Source: Bythopirellula sp.
GTDB lineage: Bacteria; Planctomycetota; Planctomycetia; Pirellulales; Lacipirellulaceae
NCBI GenBank assembly: GCA_965216565.1
Contig: OZ244170.1
Location: 2,528,001 to 2,592,000, forward strand
Length of the DNA stretch: 64,000 nucleotides
Direction: 5' to 3'
Part shown: in pieces, positions 48,644 through 58,232 of the stretch
Position numbering within the stretch: the first letter of the stretch is position 1
Layout: every line of letters begins with the position of its first letter
Notes under the pieces: model-generated
Seen by the model: only the letters and a program-made list of their open reading frames with translations
Told to the model about the DNA's origin: nothing
Database searches by the model: none
Translations under genes and position numbers: made by a program

Positions 48644-49015
48644 TTAGCCAAAGTAATTTCGTCGGCGCAGCTTATTCCTTGAATTCGTTGTGATCTTGGT
48701 AAACACGATCATATTTCCGAAGTGCATGACGCTGAGCACTACCATCACGATGCCGATTTTCATCGAGAGGAATTCAATCGACTGCGCGAGGTTGTGCGGC
48801 TTAGTTCCATATTTCAGAGCGATAGCCACAAAGGCGATGTTCACCAGATAGAAGCCGACGATAAGTAGATCGTTGACGGCGTCGGCTAGCTTTTCGTTTC
48901 CGTGAAAGCACTTCAGCAAGAAGATGCGACCTCGATGGTGCAGGGTATATCCAACCCACACCGTGATCAGAATACTTACCACCAGATAGATTGCGTAAGT
49001 GATCGGAAGACTCAT
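48644..49015 (-). CDS. Three-TM membrane protein, paralog 2
   Basis: YLVVSILITVWV..RGRIFL..LIVGFYL..LSMKIG; AGGGGAGG RBS. Confidence 0.8.
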   Translation of the reverse strand: MSLPITYAIYLVVSILITVWVGYTLHHRGRIFLLKCFHGNEKLADAVNDLLIVGFYLVNIAFVAIALKYGTKPHNLAQSIEFLSMKIGIVMVVLSVMHFGNMIVFTKITTNSRNKLRRRNYFG

Positions 49016-49240
49016 AACAACCTCCCCTTTCACAGGAAGAACCGCATTTCCAAAGCTTGAGTAACCAAGAAGCTAGACAGTTCGTGAAGTTTCGCCCGAC
49101 CGTGCCCCCTGGCCTGCGGTCGGAAGTTCGTGCTACTGCGTTGGTGGGTCTATTTGTTCTGACGAAGCAGCAACGCAGACGCCAGATAGAAATCTTGCTA
49201 TAATCGAAAAAGTCACCACCACTTTGGAGTATCAGGAATC

Positions 49241-49486
49241 ATGGTCGTCTATCGCACATCTGCAGACATTCCCGAAGATCGGCGTCTTATCCTGAATCTG
49301 CCGGCGGATATTCCTACGGGTGAGGTGGAGGTGGTGGTTACCGTTGCTCCTAAGACATGCGAGGAATCGCAGCCAGGTAGTGTGCGTCAGCTTTTTGGCA
49401 GCTTGAAGAGCCAGAACCCGAAGTCGGGCGATAATGATCAGATCGATCAAGATCTTGGCAATGCATATCGTGGGAAAGAAGAGTAA
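49241..49486 (+). CDS. Putative antitoxin
   Basis: 81 aa, directly upstream of a PIN gene; LNLPADIPTGEVEVVV. Confidence 0.7.
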   Translation: MVVYRTSADIPEDRRLILNLPADIPTGEVEVVVTVAPKTCEESQPGSVRQLFGSLKSQNPKSGDNDQIDQDLGNAYRGKEE

Positions 49487-49495
49487 GGGTGCAGA

Positions 49496-49891
49496 ATGCT
49501 GCTGGATACCTCCGGGCTTCTATGTTGCTTAGACAGTAGCGAAGAGCGACACGCAACGGCCATAGAATTGTATGAGGCTGCATCTCAGCGTATTACCCAC
49601 AATTATGTTTTTGCTGAGCTAATTGCGCTTGCGCAGGTTCGAGGTGTGGCAAGACAGGAAACGATTCAGTTAGTCATTACGCTAGCAAGCGATTCAGATG
49701 TCGAAGTCGTCTGGGTGGATCGGCTGCTCCACGAAGAAGCATTGAAGATGCTACTAGCACAAACAGATAAATCGTACTCTCTTTGCGATGCTGTGAGCAT
49801 GACTCTCATGGCCAAACGCGGCATTTCGGAAGCTCTGACGACCGATCGGCATTTTGATCAAGCAGGCTATCGCCGACTGTTGAGCGAATAG
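49496..49891 (+). CDS. VapC-type PIN domain toxin
   Basis: LLDTSG, VFAEL, YSLCDAVS, ALTTDRHFDQAGY. Confidence 0.92.
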   Translation: MLLDTSGLLCCLDSSEERHATAIELYEAASQRITHNYVFAELIALAQVRGVARQETIQLVITLASDSDVEVVWVDRLLHEEALKMLLAQTDKSYSLCDAVSMTLMAKRGISEALTTDRHFDQAGYRRLLSE

Positions 49892-49951
49892 GGATCCAGC
49901 GGTAACTCTAGCCCCCTGGCCCCTGCCCTCTCCCCCCGATACCTTAGAAGT

Positions 49952-51778
49952 ATGTCTTCGTCCTCTTACGAATATGATGTCCTGGTCATCGGTGCCGGTC
50001 ATGCCGGTACGGAAGCGGCGCTGGCGGCTGCGCGATTGGGGGCGAAGACGGCGCTACTCACTACCAATTGCGACACTGTTGGCCAAATGAGTTGCAACCC
50101 GGCCATCGGCGGAGTCGGCAAGGGTCAAATTGTTCGCGAGATCGATGCCCTCGGTGGCGCGATGGGTCGGGCCATCGATGCCACCGGCATTCAGTTCCGG
50201 ATGCTCAATCGTCGCAAGGGACCGGCTATGCACAGTCCACGGGCGCAGGCCGACAAGAAGCTCTACCAGGCTGAAATTAAGCGGATGGTTGAGGAGCAAG
50301 AAAATCTTTCGCTGCGGCAAGAAGTGGTTGAGGACTTGGTTGTCGAAGAAGCGGAAAGCGGAAAGCAAAAAGCGATCGTCGGTGTGAAAGTCCGAGGCGA
50401 CGTCGAGTATCGGGCGCGGGCTGTAGTGCTCACCACCGGCACATTCTTGCAGGCGTTGATGCATACAGGCGAGGCGAAGACGGCTGGCGGCCGCGCTGGA
50501 GAGGGCACTTCCAAAGGTATTAGTGGGGCGCTTACGCGATTGGGTGTTCGGCTGGAGCGATTCAAAACCGGTACGCCGCCGAGACTCAACGGCCGCACAA
50601 TCGACTATAGCCGCATCGAAGAACAGCCGGGCGACGACGAGCCTCAGCCCTTCTCGTTTCTCAACGATGCAATCAACGTCGCGCAGATGCCCTGCCACAT
50701 CACGTATACCAACGAGGACGTCCACAATCTGATTGTCGCCAATCTACAGCGAGCACCGATGTACAGCGGGCAGATTGAATCCAGCGGCCCGCGTTACTGC
50801 CCCTCCATCGAAGACAAGGTCATACGGTTTGCTGAGAAGAACCAACATCAGCTATTTCTCGAACCGGAAGGTCGCAACACGCTTGAGGTGTACGTCAACG
50901 GTCTCTCCACAAGTTTGCCGCGGGATGTGCAGGACCAGATTTTCGGTTTGATTCCGGGACTGGAAAAAGCTGAAATCATGCGTTATGGGTATGCAGTCGA
51001 GTACGACTACGCACCGCCGGATCAACTCCAGCCGAGTTTGGAATCGAAGTCGGTGAATGGTTTGTACTTTGCGGGGCAAATCAATGGGACGACCGGTTAC
51101 GAAGAAGCGGGTGCCCAAGGTCTGATCGCGGGAGCCAACGCAGCATTCGCATTATCTGGCAAGGAGCCTCTGGTCTTAGATCGCGATCAAGCTTACATGG
51201 GCGTACTGATCGACGATCTAGTAACCTGCGGCGTGGATGAGCCTTACCGGATGTTTACTAGCCGGGCAGAGTACCGCTTACTCTTGCGGCACGACAACGC
51301 TGACCGACGGCTGACGCCATTGGCCCATGAAGTCGGTTTGGTCGGTAAAGTAAGGTTTGAGAAAATCAGTCGTAAAGTGGCCGAGATCGAGCGTGTCTGT
51401 CGCTTGCTCAGCGAGACTCGACAAGCAGGCACGGCACTGGCCACGTTGATGCGCAGACCTGAAGTGGAATGGCCCGATATTGTGGAGCGATTACCGGAAC
51501 TTGAATCGATTGATCCAGCGGTGGCCGAACAGGTCCGTAACGACCTAAAGTACGCAGGCTACGTCGCACGACAAACAGTGGAAGTAGAACGTCAACATCG
51601 GCTGTCTAGGAAACGCATTCCCCGAAATTTTGATTATGAGCGGCTCAGCCAGCTTCGCGCCGAAGCGAAGGAAAAATTTCAGCGCATCCAGCCGGATAAT
51701 CTGTCTCAGGCCAGCCGGATCAGCGGAATTACGCCCGCGGACATTGCCCTACTGATGGTCCATTTAGAAGCTAAATAG
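49952..51778 (+). CDS. mnmG: tRNA uridine-5-carboxymethylaminomethyl(34) synthesis enzyme
   Basis: [65 protein letters not shown]. Confidence 0.98.
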   Translation: MSSSSYEYDVLVIGAGHAGTEAALAAARLGAKTALLTTNCDTVGQMSCNPAIGGVGKGQIVREIDALGGAMGRAIDATGIQFRMLNRRKGPAMHSPRAQADKKLYQAEIKRMVEEQENLSLRQEVVEDLVVEEAESGKQKAIVGVKVRGDVEYRARAVVLTTGTFLQALMHTGEAKTAGGRAGEGTSKGISGALTRLGVRLERFKTGTPPRLNGRTIDYSRIEEQPGDDEPQPFSFLNDAINVAQMPCHITYTNEDVHNLIVANLQRAPMYSGQIESSGPRYCPSIEDKVIRFAEKNQHQLFLEPEGRNTLEVYVNGLSTSLPRDVQDQIFGLIPGLEKAEIMRYGYAVEYDYAPPDQLQPSLESKSVNGLYFAGQINGTTGYEEAGAQGLIAGANAAFALSGKEPLVLDRDQAYMGVLIDDLVTCGVDEPYRMFTSRAEYRLLLRHDNADRRLTPLAHEVGLVGKVRFEKISRKVAEIERVCRLLSETRQAGTALATLMRRPEVEWPDIVERLPELESIDPAVAEQVRNDLKYAGYVARQTVEVERQHRLSRKRIPRNFDYERLSQLRAEAKEKFQRIQPDNLSQASRISGITPADIALLMVHLEAK

Positions 51779-52181
51779 TCTGTTGTACCCATCTTTTTCT
51801 TGTTATCGCTCCTCAGGGAAAATGCTCACGGAGGGCGTTGATTCTTGCAAAGTATTTGATAGCAAGGGATTGCGCCTATTCGATCAATGTTGACGGGCTG
51901 GTTGTTGCCGTTATAATTCGGCAGTTGGCAATTCAGGGAATTCTGGCAGTTACGGATAAACTTGCCATCTAAATAGCTTCGACTATCTGTGACGAACAGA
52001 AACGTTTTAGAAGTTTGCGTATCTCGGGTTGTTAGCGATAGTTTTTCGGGGCTGGTAAGGAAGCAAAGCAAGAAGCTAGTCCGATAGTTGTGCTATCGGA
52101 ACTCAATAAATGGAACTTTCAGGCCCCCGAATTCGGTCGAGGGCCCCAGACCATCGACTAAGGAGAGAGGTGGTTCACGTC

Positions 52182-52763
52182 ATGAAAACCGTTTTCACTA
52201 CTGGCGAAGCAGCCAAGATCTGCAAGGTGAGCCAGCAAACGATCATTCGCTGTTTCGACTCCGGTCAGCTCAAGGGCTTCCGCGTACCCGGCAGCCGGTT
52301 TCGCCGGATCCCTCGCGAGCAGCTCTACACGTTCATGCGCGATAATGGCATCCCCACCGATGCCCTCGATAGCGGTAAGCGCAAAATACTAGTCGTCGAT
52401 GACGACGAAGACTTGGTAGAACTGATCTGCGACGCACTGGAGCGCGATGGTCGATTCGAAGTTCGCAGCGTAAACAACGGTTTTGGTGCGGGCATGCTCA
52501 TTAAAGAGTTTCGCCCCGACCTGATCGTCCTGGATGTGATGCTCCCCGATATCAATGGCAAGGAAGTTTGTACACTGGTTCGCAGCGAGCGTAGCATGGA
52601 CGAAGTTCGCATCATCTGTATTTCTGGGATGGTCGAAGCGGATAAGATCCAGGGACTCCGCGACGCGGGTGCCAACGACTTCATGAAAAAGCCGTTCGAT
52701 GTAGACGACCTGATGGCGCGCATCTGTCAGCTCTTGGAAGTCGAAGCCACTTCGCCTAGCTAG
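52182..52763 (+). CDS. Response regulator: N-terminal excisionase-like HTH plus C-terminal receiver domain
   Basis: FTTGEAAKIC..RRIPR; ILVVDDD, LDVMLP, KP. Confidence 0.92.
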   Translation: MKTVFTTGEAAKICKVSQQTIIRCFDSGQLKGFRVPGSRFRRIPREQLYTFMRDNGIPTDALDSGKRKILVVDDDEDLVELICDALERDGRFEVRSVNNGFGAGMLIKEFRPDLIVLDVMLPDINGKEVCTLVRSERSMDEVRIICISGMVEADKIQGLRDAGANDFMKKPFDVDDLMARICQLLEVEATSPS

Positions 52764-52797
52764 AGCAGTCCCTCCGCCACCTGTTAGGATCCTGACC

Positions 52798-53514
52798 ATG
52801 GCGGCAGAATTAAGGGACAAGGATTTGTTGGACGAGTTGGAACGGCAAAAGCTGGAGGCGATGAAAGAACTCGCCTACGGGGCCAGCCACGAGATCAACA
52901 ATCCTCTGGCAAACATCGCAGCTCGCGCCCAGAATCTGCTGCGCGACGAACAGTCTCCTGAACGACGTCGCTCGCTCGAAGCAATTCATCAGCAAGCGAT
53001 GCGCGCTCACGAAATGATTTCTGACCTGATGCTATTCGCGCGACCGCCAGCGCTTGCGCTGGAGACGGTCAATTTGGCTGAGGTCGCCACGGAGGCCATC
53101 AGTGCTGTGGACGCGGATCTCGATCGATTGCAGATTCGTGTGACTTTACGCGCCGAGGATGCGGAGGCTTACTTGCAAGGCGATCGGCAACAGTTGTTAG
53201 TGGCCATTGGTGCTTTGCTGCGGAATTCGATCGAGTCGATTGGAACCAACGGCACCATCGAACTCGAAGTGCGCAAATCGGCGGAGCATGAGCAAGTATC
53301 CCTCGAAGTAGTCGATTCAGGTCGCGGAATTTCCCCTGAGGTTCGAGAACACTTGTTCGACCCGTTCTACTCCGGACGCGAAGCTGGCCGGGGCTTGGGT
53401 TTTGGAATATCGAAATGTTGGCGAATCGTTACCGATCACGGTGGCAGCTTAGTGGTCGACGGATCACTCCAGGAGGGTGCTCGAATTACAATGCTCTTAC
53501 CGCAAAAAGCCTGA
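52798..53514 (+). CDS. Histidine kinase (HisKA + HATPase, no sensor domain)
   Basis: ASHEINNPL, LRNS, DSGRG, FDPFYS, GLGFG. Confidence 0.92.
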   Translation: MAAELRDKDLLDELERQKLEAMKELAYGASHEINNPLANIAARAQNLLRDEQSPERRRSLEAIHQQAMRAHEMISDLMLFARPPALALETVNLAEVATEAISAVDADLDRLQIRVTLRAEDAEAYLQGDRQQLLVAIGALLRNSIESIGTNGTIELEVRKSAEHEQVSLEVVDSGRGISPEVREHLFDPFYSGREAGRGLGFGISKCWRIVTDHGGSLVVDGSLQEGARITMLLPQKA

Positions 53515-53615
53515 GCCGACGGCGTTAGCCGCGGGTTGCACTTGATTGAGAATTATCACCTGCTCCCTCTCACACACGTCACAGCGGATTTGCAACTAGC
53601 GCGTTGAGCTCAGAT

Positions 53616-54227
53616 CTAGAGCAGGTCTTCCCCATACCCTGGCGGGAAAGGATTTTCTGGTGATTCATCTTCCTCCGACAATGGCTTGCTTTGTTTTTTC
53701 TGAACCTGATCCGCTCCGTCCGGCAGATTCTGAGAGAATTCTCCCACCCAATAGTCGATATCGGTTCGACTAAGCTGACCGATCGGTTTTTCCGGCCCAG
53801 GTCGATTGTTTTCCTTGCGATTTTGAGCTCGGCGTTCCCAGATTTGGGAATACCAGACGTCGCTATCAATGGGTCGGGCCTTCCGCCGACGTGCCGCACG
53901 CTGGATGCGATGATCGCTGGAGACAACAAGCAGTTTTCTAGGGGTACTATGCTGGGCAATCAATTCTTCGATCAGCGTATCGGCATCGGGATAGTCGCGC
54001 GCATAGCGGACAAGTAGTCCTTCATGCTGCATGGTATCGGGCAAACCCGGCGGAGCGTCATTGGCATCGAAGACAATCGTCGTGTCGCGATGTCTTTGGA
54101 AATCGATCGACGCCGCAAGAAAGCGCAGCAGCGCTTCACGAGAGCGTTGAAATGATCCCGGGCCGGTGCCTTTGCCAAAGATGCCGGTCACGTGTAGCAG
54201 GTTGTAGCCATCGATTAACAGTGCCAT
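53616..54227 (-). CDS. YacP-like NYN domain protein
   Basis: LLIDGYNLL, IVFD, ADTLIE, VVSSD. Confidence 0.88.
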   Translation of the reverse strand: MALLIDGYNLLHVTGIFGKGTGPGSFQRSREALLRFLAASIDFQRHRDTTIVFDANDAPPGLPDTMQHEGLLVRYARDYPDADTLIEELIAQHSTPRKLLVVSSDHRIQRAARRRKARPIDSDVWYSQIWERRAQNRKENNRPGPEKPIGQLSRTDIDYWVGEFSQNLPDGADQVQKKQSKPLSEEDESPENPFPPGYGEDLL

Positions 54228-54275
54228 GCCTCTATTGTAGGACAAAGACTGTGTAGGGCGAATCTGATTCGGATG

Positions 54276-54420
54276 AAACACAAAGGCCGCGGAGAGGCGG
54301 AGAAATTGCAGAGTCAGCTAGAATCGGCGATACGAAGTTAAGTTGAGAATAGCTGCTGAGAAACAAACAATGGAAATCTAGCTCCGCGGCCCTCAGCGAC
54401 CCTCCGCTGCCTCTGCGTTT
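54276..54420. repeat. Inverted-arm element with ~9-nt periodic arms (CGCAGAG type)
   Basis: aaacacaaaggccgcggagaggcggaga...gcagag / ctccgcggccctcagcgaccctccgctgcctctgcgttt. Confidence 0.6.
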
Positions 54421-54432
54421 TACTCTTCAGTA

Positions 54433-55722
54433 CTACCGACGACCGGTCGGCACCTGGCTTTCGCCGTAACTCTGCCAATCGGAGTACTCGTCGAAAAAAT
54501 ATCTGGAGATCTGATGATCGACGCGGAAAATCGAGGCCAGCAACGCGGCGCGAATCCACATGCCATTGCGGGCTTGGCGGAAATACATCGCTCGCGGGTT
54601 GTTGTCGACTTCCGGTGGAATCTCGCCAAAGTGTTGATCACGGGGGAACGGATGCAAAATCGGTGCGTATGTTTTCATCCTGTTGACTAGACTTTGGGAA
54701 AGCTTGTAGCGATCCAAGTCGATTTTGGCGAAACCGGCTTCGTCGTCCGGTGCGTTGTGTTCCTTTTGAATCCGAGTCATGTAAAGTGCATCGATTTGTT
54801 CGATCACAGGCTTGCCGTCCACCTTGTCTTCGAACGACTCGACTTCTACGAAGCGCACATTTTGAGCGGCCAGCCGCGACTTCAGGTCTTCTCGCAAGGC
54901 TAGCACCGGATCGTTGGGAGCAATGAATACCAGGGTGACGCCTTTGTAGAGAGCCAACAAACTTGCCAGCGACCGTACCGTTCGCCCTCGTCCCACATCG
55001 CCACAAAAGCCATACGTCTTATGCGACAAACCTTTCGATAGGTCGGGATAGTCATCACGTAGTTCGTCGAGCCGAGTGACAACCGTTGTCGCTTTGGGGT
55101 TCGAAAATTGGAAGGTCCTCTGCAGCGTGTAGATATCCAGGAGCGCTTGGGTCGGATGCTCGTCGGCACCCGAACCGGCGTTCACGATCGGCACACTACG
55201 ATTACCTGAGCTTTCTAAATCATTCATCACATAGGCACAGGCCTCGGCCAGCTTCGCCATTTTGCTGCGCATGATGATCAAGTCAAAGTAACTGCTGAAC
55301 ATTCTGATCGAGTCGAATCGTGTTTCGCCCTTCGTTTCAGACGACGTCGTTGGATCGCGGACTTCGTTGCAGGTGATGCCCAAGATTTGGCAAGCAGCCA
55401 TAAACGATAGAAAAGTACGCGTTGAAGGTTGAGTGAAGTACAGCATCGCCCGCTTGTGATGGAGCAGGTTGATAAGGAAATCTTGACCCTCGCGGAGCTT
55501 GGAGAGAATGCGGATTTTATCGGCCGTCTCAGCCAATTCCTCCAAGACATCCACGGAAAACTGGCTGCCGAAAATAACGTGCCGCAAACGCTCGTCACGC
55601 TCTAGCTCGGGGATCTTCATCCGCTGGGGTCGCTCGATGAGCGATTGGTAGCCTAGCAGGTCGAGATCATCCTGAGTCGGCTGCGGATCATTTGGCGACC
55701 GAAGCCCTGTATCGTCCGACAT
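54433..55722 (-). CDS. pyrB: Aspartate carbamoyltransferase catalytic subunit (atypical, extended)
   Basis: PSTRT, SETKGET, IIMR, HPTQALLD, GRTV, TRIQKE, HPFPR, YFRQARNG; start inferred. Confidence 0.85.
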   Translation of the reverse strand: MSDDTGLRSPNDPQPTQDDLDLLGYQSLIERPQRMKIPELERDERLRHVIFGSQFSVDVLEELAETADKIRILSKLREGQDFLINLLHHKRAMLYFTQPSTRTFLSFMAACQILGITCNEVRDPTTSSETKGETRFDSIRMFSSYFDLIIMRSKMAKLAEACAYVMNDLESSGNRSVPIVNAGSGADEHPTQALLDIYTLQRTFQFSNPKATTVVTRLDELRDDYPDLSKGLSHKTYGFCGDVGRGRTVRSLASLLALYKGVTLVFIAPNDPVLALREDLKSRLAAQNVRFVEVESFEDKVDGKPVIEQIDALYMTRIQKEHNAPDDEAGFAKIDLDRYKLSQSLVNRMKTYAPILHPFPRDQHFGEIPPEVDNNPRAMYFRQARNGMWIRAALLASIFRVDHQISRYFFDEYSDWQSYGESQVPTGRR

Positions 55723-55803
55723 GGTTTGTTCCATTCTTGGGGGCGGGATTTCTATTGGTTTATCGCATACCGCGCGAATGGTCGTCAAGTTGTGACTGGG
55801 AGT

Positions 55804-56023
55804 GGACAGGATGACTGGATTTGCAGGATTAACGGGGATGGCTCGCTCAGACACCGGCATGCTCGAGTACTGCTAAGCAGGATCAATGGGATGGAGTTCA
55901 ATAAGTATGCAATAGGAGACTTTGTTGGAGCGTAATTCGTGGCCTGACGACCTTGATAGACTTCTTTGGTAAAGACCGTGAGGCGGGAATCCTGTACATC
56001 TTGCAAATCCAGTCATCCTGTCC
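55804..56023. repeat. GACAGGATGAC family, copy 4 (long spacer)
   Basis: ggacaggatgactggatttgcaggat ... atcttgcaaatccagtcatcctgtcc. Confidence 0.85.
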
Positions 56024-56036
56024 AGAAAAAGAAGTC

Positions 56037-57656
56037 TCAGTCCGAGACCCGCCAACGGACCTGGAATCGCCACATCATGCTGAGCAGCAACGCACCATTA
56101 TAGAGCAGCGTGAAGACCAGATAGCCCCAGAAGACGCTAACATGCACCAAGGGTGGCGTGGGCTGATCGCTGACTTGTAGCGGCAGGTTGAAGACTGCCG
56201 CGAAGGGGCTGAACACTTCGAACAATTGCACAACCTGAGCGGCGGGACCGTTCGGGACGAAGGAATCGACGAATCGATCTGCTGCGACCGGGCCCAGGAA
56301 TAACGTCACGATTACTAGATAGGTAGCCATCAGGCTGGTTGACGTGCGTTGAAATATCGAGGAACAAAACAAAGCCGTCATGGCGGTCGTGAGGCAAGTG
56401 CAGGCAAATACCAGGAAGTACCCTCCCATGGTCGGCAGGTTCGACCAATAGTCGAGTGGCATCACACACGCCAGCAGGACAGGCCACATCAGGAATGAGG
56501 TTAACACGCTGGAGACTCTCAATCCCGAAAGCAACTTGCCCCACAGCATCTGCCAGGGAGTGATCAGCGTGTTCAGCAATAGATCGAGTGTTTCGCGTTC
56601 GCGTTCGCTTGTGACGCTACCCGCCGAGAACACGGGGCCGACCAGCATATTGAAGAGCAAGACATAGGAAATGTACCAAGGCGCCAATTGCTGCTTGATA
56701 TACAAACATGCCGCCATGATGGGTAGCGCCAGCACCATGCTGATTTGGATCACCAAGCGCAGCATCAGTGTGCCTTGACTGAAAATCTCGCTGCGGATTT
56801 CCTTGTCGTAGATTGGGTTGGCGTTCTCGTGGAGAAAGTCGGTACGCCGGGGCGGGGCGAACAATCGGTCTGGGAATTCATCGCGTTTGATATACAGTCC
56901 CACCGCTTGTTCGGCTTCGGTCTCCAGATCGATAACTTGCTTCCCCTCACTGCCCAGTTCCGGAGCCTTGAGTAAACGCCGCGCCGTATCGACCCATAAA
57001 ATGGCACCGATTGAGATGCAAACCACCGGCACCACGGTAAATATCACCAGCAGTCGAGCCTCACCCATGCGTTCCAACGATTGCCAAATCAAGACGCCCA
57101 CCAGTGCCAAGGGCAGGATCATCAGATACGAAACCACGAGTGCGGCGCTTGTACGCTGAAAGAAGCTGCTACACCACAGGCTGATCATGGCGAATAGCGA
57201 GATTGATAGGATCATTGCAAAATAGGCGGCCGCCACTTCGGAAAAGTGTGCCCCGCCTAACGGCAAACACAACATTACGATCGGCAACGAACAGATCATC
57301 AGCTCCGCAAGCGGGCAGAGCGAGGCAGCAAACTTACCCAGCACAATCGCTCCTGGCTTGAGCGGACTGGCTAGGAGCATCTCGTAACTCTTCCGTTCCT
57401 TCTCGCCCGTGATGGCTCCCGAAGCAAAGCTGGGTGCCATCAAAGACATCAGCAGATATTGGCCAAGAAAGATCAGATTCACCAGCGACTTGGCTTTGCC
57501 GGAACTCGCCATATCGAGCCGCTCCTCCGAGGGCCACGCGGCATAGACCAGCAAACCCAAGAACAGCACATAAGCAAACAACAGCAGAAAGCTACGCAGG
57601 GTGCGTAGGTTCACCACCAGTTCGCGCTGCAGGACTGGGTTTTCGAATAGATACAT
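56037..57656 (-). CDS. ABC-2 type permease with internal duplication
   Basis: NPVLQREL..GAITGEKERKSYEMLL..GK and NPIYDKEI..GSVTSERERETLDLLL..GK. Confidence 0.88.
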   Translation of the reverse strand: MYLFENPVLQRELVVNLRTLRSFLLLFAYVLFLGLLVYAAWPSEERLDMASSGKAKSLVNLIFLGQYLLMSLMAPSFASGAITGEKERKSYEMLLASPLKPGAIVLGKFAASLCPLAELMICSLPIVMLCLPLGGAHFSEVAAAYFAMILSISLFAMISLWCSSFFQRTSAALVVSYLMILPLALVGVLIWQSLERMGEARLLVIFTVVPVVCISIGAILWVDTARRLLKAPELGSEGKQVIDLETEAEQAVGLYIKRDEFPDRLFAPPRRTDFLHENANPIYDKEIRSEIFSQGTLMLRLVIQISMVLALPIMAACLYIKQQLAPWYISYVLLFNMLVGPVFSAGSVTSERERETLDLLLNTLITPWQMLWGKLLSGLRVSSVLTSFLMWPVLLACVMPLDYWSNLPTMGGYFLVFACTCLTTAMTALFCSSIFQRTSTSLMATYLVIVTLFLGPVAADRFVDSFVPNGPAAQVVQLFEVFSPFAAVFNLPLQVSDQPTPPLVHVSVFWGYLVFTLLYNGALLLSMMWRFQVRWRVSD

Positions 57657-57868
57657 CGGTCTCTCGCAATACCGCCGAGGTGCCAAACGGACGCTATTAA
57701 ACCACAACCACTGCGGAAGCACAAAGGAACACACGAGGACTCTGTAAGGCGCCTAGACAGGCTATCCACGCCTGGTAGGAAATCGAGTTTCTCTAGATTC
57801 TCTTACCACTTCTCAGCTATGAAGGGCGTTTCTTGCAAGATCCAGCTCTCGAACCGTTCACTCGTGGA

Positions 57869-58183
57869 TTATTCGGCCGCTGTGATCTCCAGTTGCACAT
57901 GCAAGGGGAACTTGCTGTCCTTAAATTCTTCAGCGGGCAGGATGATTTCGAGGCGGTTGAATTCGGCTAAGAGGTTGGTCACTGCAAACCGGCCCGTTTC
58001 TTGTTGGCCCTCGAGGGCCTTGTCGTTGAGGACGATGGCAGCCTGGGCCGGATGGGGCTCGACGACTAGAAAGACGCTTTCCCCGGCGGCATTGCCCGCA
58101 GGCCAATTGAATTTGCGCTTCCAGCTATTCCGACCGTCGCGCTGCTCGAAGTCCCAGGGATGTCGCAGGCGGATGGAGTGCAT
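57869..58183 (-). CDS. Small hypothetical protein (beta-sandwich-like)
   Basis: MHSIRLRHPW..RKFNWP..LND..N.LEI; fills the intergenic gap. Confidence 0.65.
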   Translation of the reverse strand: MHSIRLRHPWDFEQRDGRNSWKRKFNWPAGNAAGESVFLVVEPHPAQAAIVLNDKALEGQQETGRFAVTNLLAEFNRLEIILPAEEFKDSKFPLHVQLEITAAE

Positions 58184-58232
58184 GGAAAAGACCGGGGATC
58201 AGAAGTCAGACGTTAGGGAGCAAAACGCCCAA

